Shown: positions 1 to 8,794 of the stretch, in pieces | Layout: the number at the start of each line of letters is the position of its first letter | How positions within the stretch are numbered: position 1 is the stretch's first letter | Source: a bacterium | GTDB lineage: Bacteria > Patescibacteriota > Saccharimonadia > Saccharimonadales > UBA4665 | NCBI GenBank assembly: GCA_021846795.1 | Contig: JAJZWG010000001.1 | Span: 1-45,371 of the forward strand | Direction: 5' to 3' | Length of the DNA: 45,371 bases | Program-made: the position numbers and the translations under genes | The notes under the pieces: generated by a model | Database searches by the model: none | What the model saw: the letters and a program-made list of their open reading frames with translations, nothing else | Told to the model about the DNA's origin: nothing

Positions 1-1
1 A

Positions 2-244
2 AAATTTAAGTTCACTAAACAAGAGGCTAAAAGTCGTATTCATCTTTTATCTAGAGTTTCAGAAGTTATTACACCTCAATTTGTAGAAAAAATCGTTCGT
101 GATATTAATGATGATGATATTATAGCAACAGCTGTTGCTGGTCGAGCAGATTATCTTGTAACCCTAGATAAAGACATGTTAATTCTTAAAAAACACAAAG
201 ACATAATAATTATTACACCGGCTCAATTTAAAGAATTAATATAA
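2..244 (+). CDS. PIN-domain putative TA toxin, 5'-partial
   Basis: Manual translation of frame 2: ...KIVRDINDDDIIATAVAGRADYLVTLDKDMLILKKHKDIIIITPAQFKELI*, matching the RDxxD..A....ADYLVTxDxDLL pattern of PIN_3-type toxins. Confidence 0.8.
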   Translation, partial: KFKFTKQEAKSRIHLLSRVSEVITPQFVEKIVRDINDDDIIATAVAGRADYLVTLDKDMLILKKHKDIIIITPAQFKELI

Positions 245-732
245 GATCAACCCCTTAATTGAAATAACCTAAACTTACAAATAAATTATAAATATATCCC
301 TTTTACCGAATCTCAGTCGTGATAAGGTCACACCAGGCCCTCCACAAAGTGTATTTCATTCATTATTCTATTTAAGTTGGGTAGAGGTTGTACCTGTAAA
401 TAAGACTATTTTGTTGAAGGCTAAACATTTTATCTTTTTTAACTAAAAAACCATTAGGAAATATTAAGTCTTACCTTTTCTCATAGTAGCTTTGTCTAGA
501 CCACTAGTTAGCTAATAAACTATTGATAAAGTCTAGGAATCTGCTGAAATAGCGGTCTTAGGACTAGCAAATCTCTCAACGTGTTGGGGGTTATTAGGAT
601 CAGACTTAGCTTGTGATAGTTGTCCCACTCCCCATATAATAAACAACTAGTCTATTCTAGAATCTGACTAATTGAGTATAATTTAAATTTAAGTAGTTTT
701 TTAGAAAGGATCATTAATTATGGCTAAGGAAG

Positions 733-975
733 TTGTCACCTATTGAAATTAAAAATGAAATTATTACTAAGATTAGAGATGAAGGTCTGACAGTTAGTCA
801 GGCTGCCCATCAATATAATATTAGTATTAAAGCTATATATAACTGGATGAGAGATGGAGTAACCAATAGTCAGAATAGTTTAATCCTAGAGAATAACCGT
901 CTTAAGAAAGAAAATGAACAGCTCTATAATTTACTAGGTAGAGCTACAGTTGAACTTAAACGGTCAAAAAAGTAG
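733..975 (+). CDS. IS3-family transposase OrfA (HTH)
   Basis: TVSQAAHQYNISIKAIYNW HTH followed by a LENNRLKKENEQL coiled coil. An SD-preceded ATG at 720 is out of frame, suggesting a 5' indel. Confidence 0.8.
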   Translation: MSPIEIKNEIITKIRDEGLTVSQAAHQYNISIKAIYNWMRDGVTNSQNSLILENNRLKKENEQLYNLLGRATVELKRSKK

Positions 976-1328
976 CCATCCTGGAAGTAGTCGAACCAGG
1001 ATGGCGATCATACTTTGCTACTATCCTAAAGGTTCCTCGTTCCAGCATATATGCTAAGCCCACCAAACAAGCTAGACGTGATGAGCTTGCTATAGCTCAA
1101 CTTAAAGCTGTCCACAAGTTTAATCCATATTATGGTGTAGTTCGTTTTGCTATTGAACTAAACTGGTCAGAAGCTAGACGAATACGTAATCTTAGCGGCA
1201 TTAAGGTTGCTAAACGATCTAAGAAGCATCGTAAGTCAGTTGGAGTAGCTGAGATTAGTGTTCCGGCTAATGCTTTAAAGTTCTATACTGACTTTAAAGA
1301 CAGTGATCGACCACTGCTACTAGCCTAA
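966..1328 (+). pseudogene. IS3-family OrfB, truncated (-1 frame relative to OrfA)
   Basis: -1 frame reads KKVAILEVVEPGWRSYFATILKVPRSSIYAKP...HKFNPYYGVVRFAIEL... to TAA at 1326-1328, with no integrase core. Confidence 0.75.
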
Positions 1329-1380
1329 TTTAGTAAGCACAACCTGTCTAGAATTAGGAAGGGTTGACAAACTAGATAAA

Positions 1381-2235
1381 CTAAGGATTACAATAATCAC
1401 AATAACGTGGATCAGCAACTTGATCTTTGTTTGGATAAATAATATCTGCGGTATACTGACATTTATTACATTCATAAACGTCATATAATATACAGCTAGT
1501 TGGTCGACCACACTGTTGACAAGGTAATCCTAATTTTGGATCAATTCTATGAAAACCAAGACTATAACAATTTGGACATTGTCTCTTGATATTTTCAATC
1601 AAGTTTTTTGTAGCTAATTCAATATTTTTCATCCTCAATTGATTAACGTGTGCCCTAAAATCTGTTTCCAACCAAATAGATTTATATTTTTCTAAATATA
1701 TTGAGGCTGTAGTTATTAATTCTTCTTTATTGACTAAGCCTTTAACCATATCTGAATATTTTTTTTCACTACTTTTAATAACAATACCTTGGTTTGGAAA
1801 ATTAATTCTATTGGCAAATTCTAAGACTTCATCAAGATTAAATGCTGTAATACTTTGAGCATAATTAACCTTTTCAGTATGTCCACCGAAAATTTCTAAA
1901 TTTAATTTATTATCTATAAAAACCACTATTTCAGTATTAATAACCCCAAAAGGAACTGCCGGATGAGGACCAAAAATACCTTCACTAGCAATACCAATAT
2001 CTAAATTCAACATTTTCATAGCTATTCTTGCTTTAAGTAAAGCTGTTTCTTTTTGATTACCGGGTCTTTTTTTATCTAAAGTAAAAGTACCAAAATTATC
2101 TGTATCTAAGTTCTGTGGAACTTTAATTTTTATATTTAATTCTTTAGCAAACAATGGAGCAATGACAGTTTCTTTTTTATGTTTAGTGCCTAAAGCAGCT
2201 AATCGATTATCAAACAGTAAATTAATTTTATTCAT
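1381..2235 (-). CDS. DUF6671-like protein with C-terminal 4x CxxC metal-binding region
   Basis: TKHKKE..IAP, DTDNFGTFT and ASEGIFGPHP motifs recalled for this family; CPNC, CQQC, CNKC, CDYC at the C-terminus. Confidence 0.7.
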   Translation of the reverse strand: MNKINLLFDNRLAALGTKHKKETVIAPLFAKELNIKIKVPQNLDTDNFGTFTLDKKRPGNQKETALLKARIAMKMLNLDIGIASEGIFGPHPAVPFGVINTEIVVFIDNKLNLEIFGGHTEKVNYAQSITAFNLDEVLEFANRINFPNQGIVIKSSEKKYSDMVKGLVNKEELITTASIYLEKYKSIWLETDFRAHVNQLRMKNIELATKNLIENIKRQCPNCYSLGFHRIDPKLGLPCQQCGRPTSCILYDVYECNKCQYTADIIYPNKDQVADPRYCDYCNP

Positions 2236-2251
2236 TAGTTATAATGACAAT

Positions 2252-3028
2252 TTAATAAACATTAATTTCACCTAAAGATTTTGGTTGGGGTTGATAAACA
2301 TCTTGATATTTATAAACACCAGGATACTGGGCAACAAATGATTTTTGTTGTTGTTTATCAATAAAACCAAGCTTCAAAAGCGAATAAATATTTGGTGAAT
2401 CAGTTGATCTGGGGGTAAAAAACATTGGACCAGGTTGAGTAAAAGTAGATTTATTATCAATAATAATTTTAGTACCTGTCAGTACAGAAATTAAATTAGG
2501 CATAAAACCAAAACTATCATACCAAATTTTAAAAATTGGTTTTTTAATACGATGAAAAGTATTTTTATTTTCGTTAAAACAAAGTCCTGTTGGATAATAA
2601 CCTAAAGGACCTACCCCTATTTCACCTCTAATTTCTGGTTGATTATTAGCTTCAAACTGCCAAACACCCATTTTACTAACTTGAAAACTACTAGAACCAT
2701 GTGGAGGTATTGATCCTAAATCTAAAGCATAATTTTGATTTGGTTGATTGGCTAATGCTTCAAACAATAAGTTATTATTAGTAATATTTTTAACCGTTAC
2801 TTGACTGTTAAGTGGTACCGTTAATTCATTAGGATCAAAACCATACTTATCGAAATAAATAATTATTTTATTAGAGCAATTATTTGTAGAAATTTTTGGC
2901 TTAATAATTGGTTTTGGGTGAACAACCACAGTCGAATGAGGTTTTTCAATCAAAACTTTTCTTTTTTCTGACTTAAATGCCAAAACCAAACAGACAATGC
3001 ATACTAAAGCTAATAAAACTTTTACCAT
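2252..3028 (-). CDS. Exported/membrane-anchored protein with two cupredoxin-like domains
   Basis: N-terminal hydrophobic segment; two repeats of GFxPxxLxVxxxxxVxxxN ... GVW/YxF/Y...GEIxV. Confidence 0.6.
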   Translation of the reverse strand: MVKVLLALVCIVCLVLAFKSEKRKVLIEKPHSTVVVHPKPIIKPKISTNNCSNKIIIYFDKYGFDPNELTVPLNSQVTVKNITNNNLLFEALANQPNQNYALDLGSIPPHGSSSFQVSKMGVWQFEANNQPEIRGEIGVGPLGYYPTGLCFNENKNTFHRIKKPIFKIWYDSFGFMPNLISVLTGTKIIIDNKSTFTQPGPMFFTPRSTDSPNIYSLLKLGFIDKQQQKSFVAQYPGVYKYQDVYQPQPKSLGEINVY

Positions 3029-3163
3029 AAACTATTTAAAATTATTATACAACCATTAATGATATTTTTTTAAATAATATTAAGCTTTGATGTTATTATG
3101 AATAAACAAACTTTAAAAATATTTTAAGTAATTAATCAGTTAAAAACACTAAAATAAAAAGCT

Positions 3164-4144
3164 ATGAAAAAACCTAAAACCTATTTTTTAAAGGACAGTT
3201 TATTAATCGGGAAAAAAACTTTACTGATTACGCTTAAGCCTAAAACTCCAGATGACGAATTAGATTTTTTAGCTGGACAATATGCTTCAATTAATTTTGT
3301 GTATAATTTTCGTCCTTCTCCAGCTCGTTGTTTTTCAATTGTTAGTTCACCATATGAAAAAAACGAACTACAATTCGCCATACGAATTGACGGGGATTTT
3401 ACTAAAAAGCTAAAAAAATTACCACTAGATACAAAATTTTATATCAATGGACCATATGGTGATTTTGTTGTTGATGAAAATCTAGATAAACATGTTATTT
3501 TCTTAGCAGCTGGAATTGGCGTCACTCCTTTTATCAGTATGATTAAATATTTATCTGACGTTAAATCCAAAATAACTATCACTCTTTTTTATAGCAATAC
3601 CACACAAGATAATATTCCTTTCTATGAAGAATTAATGAGATTAACCAATATTAATCCAAATTTTAAAGTTATTTTCTTCGTCAGTAATGGTCCAATCGAT
3701 CCAGCTAAAAAAGGTTTTTTTATTGCTAACTATATTGAGATTGATCACATTAAAAGAATCGTCAAACGACGGACTAATAGTTTTACTTATTTTATATGTG
3801 GTCCAGCTAAATTTATTAATGATCTCAACCATGATTTAATTTCAATTAATGTTAAGCCCGAAAAAATCATTATTGAACAATTTACATCCAATAATAGAAT
3901 TAGTTCAATTTCTAATTTACCGAACCAAAAACTAGAAAAAAATATTTACTTATTATTACTTGCTATTATGATTTTTGGAGTTATTTTTATAACTGTCATT
4001 GATAATCTTTGGGCAATACCCCAAGTTCAAAATCTAATTTATAAACAAAATAATAATAATGGTTTCGTCATTCATCTCAATCAAAATAATCCCAACAATA
4101 TCTACTTACACGATAATCATTCACCCATTACTAGTGTCTCGTAA
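3164..4144 (+). CDS. FNR-family FAD/NAD(P)H oxidoreductase with C-terminal TM helix and tail
   Basis: RCFSIVSSP, GPYGDF, AAGIGVTPF, FICGP and EQF motifs; hydrophobic IYLLLLAIMIFGVIFITVI segment near the C-terminus. Confidence 0.88.
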   Translation: MKKPKTYFLKDSLLIGKKTLLITLKPKTPDDELDFLAGQYASINFVYNFRPSPARCFSIVSSPYEKNELQFAIRIDGDFTKKLKKLPLDTKFYINGPYGDFVVDENLDKHVIFLAAGIGVTPFISMIKYLSDVKSKITITLFYSNTTQDNIPFYEELMRLTNINPNFKVIFFVSNGPIDPAKKGFFIANYIEIDHIKRIVKRRTNSFTYFICGPAKFINDLNHDLISINVKPEKIIIEQFTSNNRISSISNLPNQKLEKNIYLLLLAIMIFGVIFITVIDNLWAIPQVQNLIYKQNNNNGFVIHLNQNNPNNIYLHDNHSPITSVS

Positions 4145-5023
4145 ATGGAATATTTTTTTCAAAAAAAACACTTTGCCTTAAATTCAGATATTTTTATTTC
4201 AATCGTTAATAAAACCAAACAAAAACCAAACAAAATATTTTCATCAATTATTAAAACTATTGATGAATTTGAACAAAACTATTCACGTTTTCAACCAAAC
4301 AGTCAACTAACTAATCTTAATCATCATTCCAATCAAAAACTTCATGTTTCATCAGAATTTTTAAAAATTTTAAAAGAAGCTAAAAGACTTAGTAAATTAA
4401 CTAATGGGGTTTTTAATCCTTTTATTTTACCCAATCTACAACAAGCTGGTTATTTGGGCTCTTGGCCTCATCCAAATTACACTCAATCAAAACTTAACTA
4501 TCAAACTAAAGTTTTTCAAACTATCGATGAATTAGAACTTGGTCAAGATTGGGTTAAAATTCCTGAACAATCAGCTTTAGATTTAGGCGGCATTGGAAAG
4601 GGTTATTTATTGGACAAAATTTCTGATCAACTTTTAAAAGCTGGTTTCAATAATTATTGGTTATCAATTGGTGGTGATATTATTGTCAATGGACATGATG
4701 AAAATAAACAAAATTGGTCAATTAAAATTGCTGATGCTAAAAAAAATAATCACATTTATAAAATCATTAATAACAAATCTGATCAATTACTTAGTATAGC
4801 TACTTCTGGTATTACTAAACGACGCGGATTAAACTGGAACCATATTATTAATCCATTAACACTTCAACCAGTAGATAATAATATATTAACTGTTACGGTT
4901 AGTGGTAATCAAGCAACTGAAACAGATGTTTTAGCTAAAACAATTTTAATTAACGAACATTTACTTAATAAATTCCAATCAGCTGGATTAATTAATGAAT
5001 GTTTTATTCAGAGAAAAAATTAA
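4145..5023 (+). CDS. apbE: FAD:protein FMN transferase (ApbE family)
   Basis: SRFQPNSQL, DLGGIGKGY, IGGDI, ATSG, HIINP and DVLAK motifs. Confidence 0.92.
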   Translation: MEYFFQKKHFALNSDIFISIVNKTKQKPNKIFSSIIKTIDEFEQNYSRFQPNSQLTNLNHHSNQKLHVSSEFLKILKEAKRLSKLTNGVFNPFILPNLQQAGYLGSWPHPNYTQSKLNYQTKVFQTIDELELGQDWVKIPEQSALDLGGIGKGYLLDKISDQLLKAGFNNYWLSIGGDIIVNGHDENKQNWSIKIADAKKNNHIYKIINNKSDQLLSIATSGITKRRGLNWNHIINPLTLQPVDNNILTVTVSGNQATETDVLAKTILINEHLLNKFQSAGLINECFIQRKN

Positions 5024-5523
5024 TAATGATGTTTTTTAGAATGAGATTTTTTAAATTTAAATCGTTCTAAAATTAAAAAGAATAAAATAGTCAAACAACT
5101 ACCAACAATTATAATTGATTTATTGATAATTAATTGATGAAAAAGATTATTATTAACCAAAGATGACACTTGACTACTTTTAATTAACGGTAAAGTTAAA
5201 AAAATCGCTAGAACAATAAAACAAATACTAGGAATTAGATTAATTAATCTATGAATTCCATGAACACTTTTAATCATAAAAATAAAAGTTAGAACAACTG
5301 GTAAATATAAGATAACTAATCTAGAATCGTAAGTTCGTGAAACATAAATAAAATTTGATGAACTAAATAAATTAACTAACTTATTAACATTGCCTGGCAA
5401 TAAATTAGTTAATAAATAACCAATTAATAAACTAAAAAACAAATAGACTCCATTAACTCCAAAAATATAAATAATTAATGATGAGATCACCAATAAAGCT
5501 ATTAAATAAATTTCATGAGCCAT
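5020..5523 (-). CDS. Hypothetical multi-pass membrane protein
   Basis: 167-aa ORF with about 4-5 hydrophobic segments. Confidence 0.7.
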   Translation of the reverse strand: MAHEIYLIALLVISSLIIYIFGVNGVYLFFSLLIGYLLTNLLPGNVNKLVNLFSSSNFIYVSRTYDSRLVILYLPVVLTFIFMIKSVHGIHRLINLIPSICFIVLAIFLTLPLIKSSQVSSLVNNNLFHQLIINKSIIIVGSCLTILFFLILERFKFKKSHSKKHHY

Positions 5524-5563
5524 TAATTTAATATAGCATAATCAGTTTATTTGTCACCCACCC

Positions 5564-6469
5564 CTAAGCACCAATTCGATCTTTATGTCTGCCGGCTCGA
5601 GCCGCTAAGACAGCATAATTAACTATTTGAGTAGCTACGTCTTTACCTGTTATTAATTCAGGTGTTTTAATGCTAGCCGATGAATTAACCTCTAAAACTA
5701 AAGGTCCTCTTTCTGATCGCATCATATCAACACCACATACCGTTAAACCAGTAGCTCTAGCAGCCTTTTGAGCAGTTTTCTTTTCTTCATCAGTTAATTG
5801 AACAACTTTACCAACACCACCTTGGTGAGTATTTGCTCGAAAATCATCATCAAGACTTTGGCGAATGATACTAGCTACTACTTTTCCATTAATTACCAAT
5901 GCTCGAATATCTGTTCCAGCACTCTCTTGAATAAATTCTTGAACCAAAAAACTAACACCTTCCACATAAAAAGCTTGCATTACAGCTTTAGCAGCTTTTT
6001 TAGTCTCTGCTAAAACAACTCCGTTACCATGAGTTCCTCTAGCTACTTTTATAATAACAGGTGCCCCACCAACTTGTTCAATAACTCCATCAAAGTCTGA
6101 AGTATCTCGAGCAAAAACAGTTTTTGGAATACCTATACCAGCTTTAGACAATAACTGCATACTTCTTAATTTATCTCTTGAACGAACAATAGAAATTGAG
6201 CTTGCCGTCGTAAAAACATTTTGCATTTCAAATTGTCTGACTATAGCTGAACCATATTTTGTTAAATTTTGAGCTATTCGTGGAATAACGATATCGACAT
6301 CTTTAACTTCTTCACCCATATAATAAACCTTAGGTTCATTTTTTTCTAACGTAACGTAACATTTAGCATAATTAATAACTCGAACGTCATGACCCAAATC
6401 AAGACTAGCTTCTTTAAGCCTTTTAGTAGTGTAATTGCCTGGTCCTTTTGACAATATAATAATATTCAT
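5564..6469 (-). CDS. rimK: RimK-family alpha-L-glutamate ligase (ATP-grasp)
   Basis: IPRI, RSRDKLRSMQLL, GTHGNGV, DDFRANTHQGG, GVDMMRSERGPLVLEVNSS. Confidence 0.93.
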   Translation of the reverse strand: MNIIILSKGPGNYTTKRLKEASLDLGHDVRVINYAKCYVTLEKNEPKVYYMGEEVKDVDIVIPRIAQNLTKYGSAIVRQFEMQNVFTTASSISIVRSRDKLRSMQLLSKAGIGIPKTVFARDTSDFDGVIEQVGGAPVIIKVARGTHGNGVVLAETKKAAKAVMQAFYVEGVSFLVQEFIQESAGTDIRALVINGKVVASIIRQSLDDDFRANTHQGGVGKVVQLTDEEKKTAQKAARATGLTVCGVDMMRSERGPLVLEVNSSASIKTPELITGKDVATQIVNYAVLAARAGRHKDRIGA

Positions 6470-6480
6470 AATAATTTTTA

Positions 6481-6906
6481 TTACCTTTCCAAGCTATTTT
6501 CTAACTTTAAATTACCAACATCTACTAAAAAACGATGCTTTAAAACATTTCGACCGATTAAAATCGAATACTTCATTTTTGATCGATCAGTTAAAGTAAA
6601 CCAAGCCTTTAATTTATGATCATAAAGTTTAATATTTAATTTGATTCGATAACGTCTTTCAACTAAACCATTAGAACTTTTAATTTTAATGTAATCATAT
6701 TTATGAAAAATTAATTTTTGACCAGTGTAATAAATTGAATTAGGCTCAAAAAAAACAACTTCTAAACCATTTGGTTTAATAATTACACTACTAGCTGATA
6801 TGGTTGATAAATACGCTCCAGTATCAACTCGACAAATGACATTCCTAATATTTAAATTTAATAAATCAATCTTTTCGATTGGCCCAATTATTATTTTATT
6901 TAGCAC
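6481..6906 (-). CDS. RimB-like retropepsin-fold protease (RimK/LysX-associated, Zn_protease family)
   Basis: RVDTGAYLSTI, IKSSNG..ERR, FTLTDRSKMKYSILIGRNVL; directly upstream of rimK. Confidence 0.85.
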   Translation of the reverse strand: MLNKIIIGPIEKIDLLNLNIRNVICRVDTGAYLSTISASSVIIKPNGLEVVFFEPNSIYYTGQKLIFHKYDYIKIKSSNGLVERRYRIKLNIKLYDHKLKAWFTLTDRSKMKYSILIGRNVLKHRFLVDVGNLKLENSLER

Positions 6907-7105
6907 TTTTAAATTAAATCATATTTTATATTTTTTTTCAAGTTCTATCAACCACTATGATGATAGACTCTTAAAAAAACCACCACAATTACAACCAAAA
7001 CAATTAAAATAACTGTTATTAACATAGGAATAAAACCAGCTGAGTTATTTTTAAATTTTAGTTTTGTTTTCATTTTACTTATATTTAATTATATACTTAT
7101 TTATT

Positions 7106-7705
7106 ATGCAACCAGAACCCAACCAATCATTAAATTATGAAATGATTCAACATAGCAGCTATAATAATGGTTATATAACTGGTGTCTTATTAACTAAATA
7201 TTTACTAGAACTTGAAAAATCTAACCACGATGAATTAACTGGTTTATTAAACAGACGTGGATTAATTGATGAATTAAAAGATCAAGATTTAAGTAATTTT
7301 ACATTAATTTACTGCGACGTTAATAACTTTAAAAAAATTAATGATCTATTTGGTCACAATAAAGGTGACTATTTTTTACAGCAACTAGGTAATCAACTTA
7401 AAAAATCTTATCGTCCAGAAGATTTAATTGCTAGATTAGGGGGTGATGAATTTATTTTATTAATTAATCATCGACGAAGAGGTTTAGAAACTATCAACGA
7501 AGAAACTAAAATTAACCTAATTAAAAATCGGTTTTCTGAAATAGTCTCATCAATCATAACATCTCAACCTAATGAATATCATCAACAGAATTTAAATATA
7601 GCTTTTGGTGTAGTTAATTTTAAGACTAACGATGATTTATTTAGCATGATTGAACGAGCTGATCAGTTAATGTATCAATCTAAACGTAATCTTAAAGATC
7701 TTTAA
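7106..7705 (+). CDS. GGDEF-domain diguanylate cyclase
   Basis: [33 protein letters not shown]-site, RLGGDEF, ADQLMY. ATG at 7106 preferred over TTG at 7064 because TATACT lies 8 nt upstream. Confidence 0.9.
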   Translation: MQPEPNQSLNYEMIQHSSYNNGYITGVLLTKYLLELEKSNHDELTGLLNRRGLIDELKDQDLSNFTLIYCDVNNFKKINDLFGHNKGDYFLQQLGNQLKKSYRPEDLIARLGGDEFILLINHRRRGLETINEETKINLIKNRFSEIVSSIITSQPNEYHQQNLNIAFGVVNFKTNDDLFSMIERADQLMYQSKRNLKDL

Positions 7706-8774
7706 AAGTTTCCAATAATTCTTTTTGACGACGGTTTAAATGTGTTGGCGTATCAACATAAATAGTTACAATATGAGCTCCTCGTCCACTACCCTTAAAA
7801 TGAACTACGCCATGATTAGATAATTTAAAATCAGTACCATTTTGAGTACCAGCTGGTATTTTCATTCTAACTAAACCATCAATTGTATTAACATTAATTT
7901 CAGTACCTAAAGCAGCATCAATCATACTAATATGCTCAGAACTGAGAATTAAATCACCTTCTCTAGTAAATTTTTTATCAGCTTTTACTCTAATATTAAC
8001 ATACAGATCACCCTTCGAACCACCAGCTACTGCTTCACCATGTTCACGTAATCTAATCACTGCACCATCATCAATACCAGAAGGAATCTTAAGAGTAATT
8101 AATTGTTTTTTTAATCTAGTGCCTTTTCCTTTACAAACAGAACACAATTTTTCAGGTATTTTACCAGTTCCACGACAAGTTGGACAAATTGAAGCTTGTT
8201 GAATATTACCGAAAATTGTTCGACTAACGGTAACTACCTGTCCGTTACCATGACAAGTTGAACAAGTTTTCAATTCATAACCCGGCTCGACCGTTGAACC
8301 TTTACAATGCTCGCAGACATCGTCAAGGTTGATAGTTAATTCTATTTCAGTACCAAAAACAGCATCTCGAAAATCTATTTCAGCTTCAGCTTCAATATCT
8401 CTACCCTGTGATCGTTGTTGTTGAGAACTTCTGGTATTTTGGCCACCACCAAAAAAACTATTAAAAATATCACCAAAACCTAGGTCACCAAAGTCAAAAT
8501 TAATATTTTGGCCACCACCAAATCCTTCGAAACCATTAAATCCATTAAATCCGGCTGAACCACCAACTCCAGCTTTACCAAACTGATCATATCTTTGTCT
8601 TTTTTCAGGGTCTTTTAAAACCTCATAAGCTTCATTAATTTTTTTAAAATTTGCTTCATTGCCACCTCTATCAGGATGATGCTCAATGGCAGCTCGACGA
8701 AAAGCTTTTTTTATTTCATCAGGACTAGCATTTTTTGAAACACCAAGTATTTCATAATAATCATCGCTGGCCAT
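7692..8774 (-). CDS. dnaJ: Chaperone DnaJ
   Basis: J-domain with HPD, G/F-rich region, four CxxCxGxG-type repeats. Confidence 0.97.
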   Translation of the reverse strand: MASDDYYEILGVSKNASPDEIKKAFRRAAIEHHPDRGGNEANFKKINEAYEVLKDPEKRQRYDQFGKAGVGGSAGFNGFNGFEGFGGGQNINFDFGDLGFGDIFNSFFGGGQNTRSSQQQRSQGRDIEAEAEIDFRDAVFGTEIELTINLDDVCEHCKGSTVEPGYELKTCSTCHGNGQVVTVSRTIFGNIQQASICPTCRGTGKIPEKLCSVCKGKGTRLKKQLITLKIPSGIDDGAVIRLREHGEAVAGGSKGDLYVNIRVKADKKFTREGDLILSSEHISMIDAALGTEINVNTIDGLVRMKIPAGTQNGTDFKLSNHGVVHFKGSGRGAHIVTIYVDTPTHLNRRQKELLETFKDL

Positions 8775-8794
8775 TAACTAGCATCTCCCTTATA

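Larger units (their letters stand above)
621..1369 (+). mobile_element. IS3-family insertion sequence remnant (internally deleted)
   Basis: Contains orfA (HTH), an A6G slippery site plus hairpin, and an orfB N-terminus that stops before the DDE domain. Imperfect TGTC...GACA ends at 621 and 1369 (14/25 match by eye). No clear target duplication, so the boundaries are tentative. Confidence 0.7.

Noticed and set aside
1320..1511. Short overlapping ORFs in the track (1320-1511, 3181-3381, 3641-3832, 5798-6013, 6800-7012, 9804-9986)
   Set aside because: Antisense or alternate-frame shadows of well-supported genes, with no motifs
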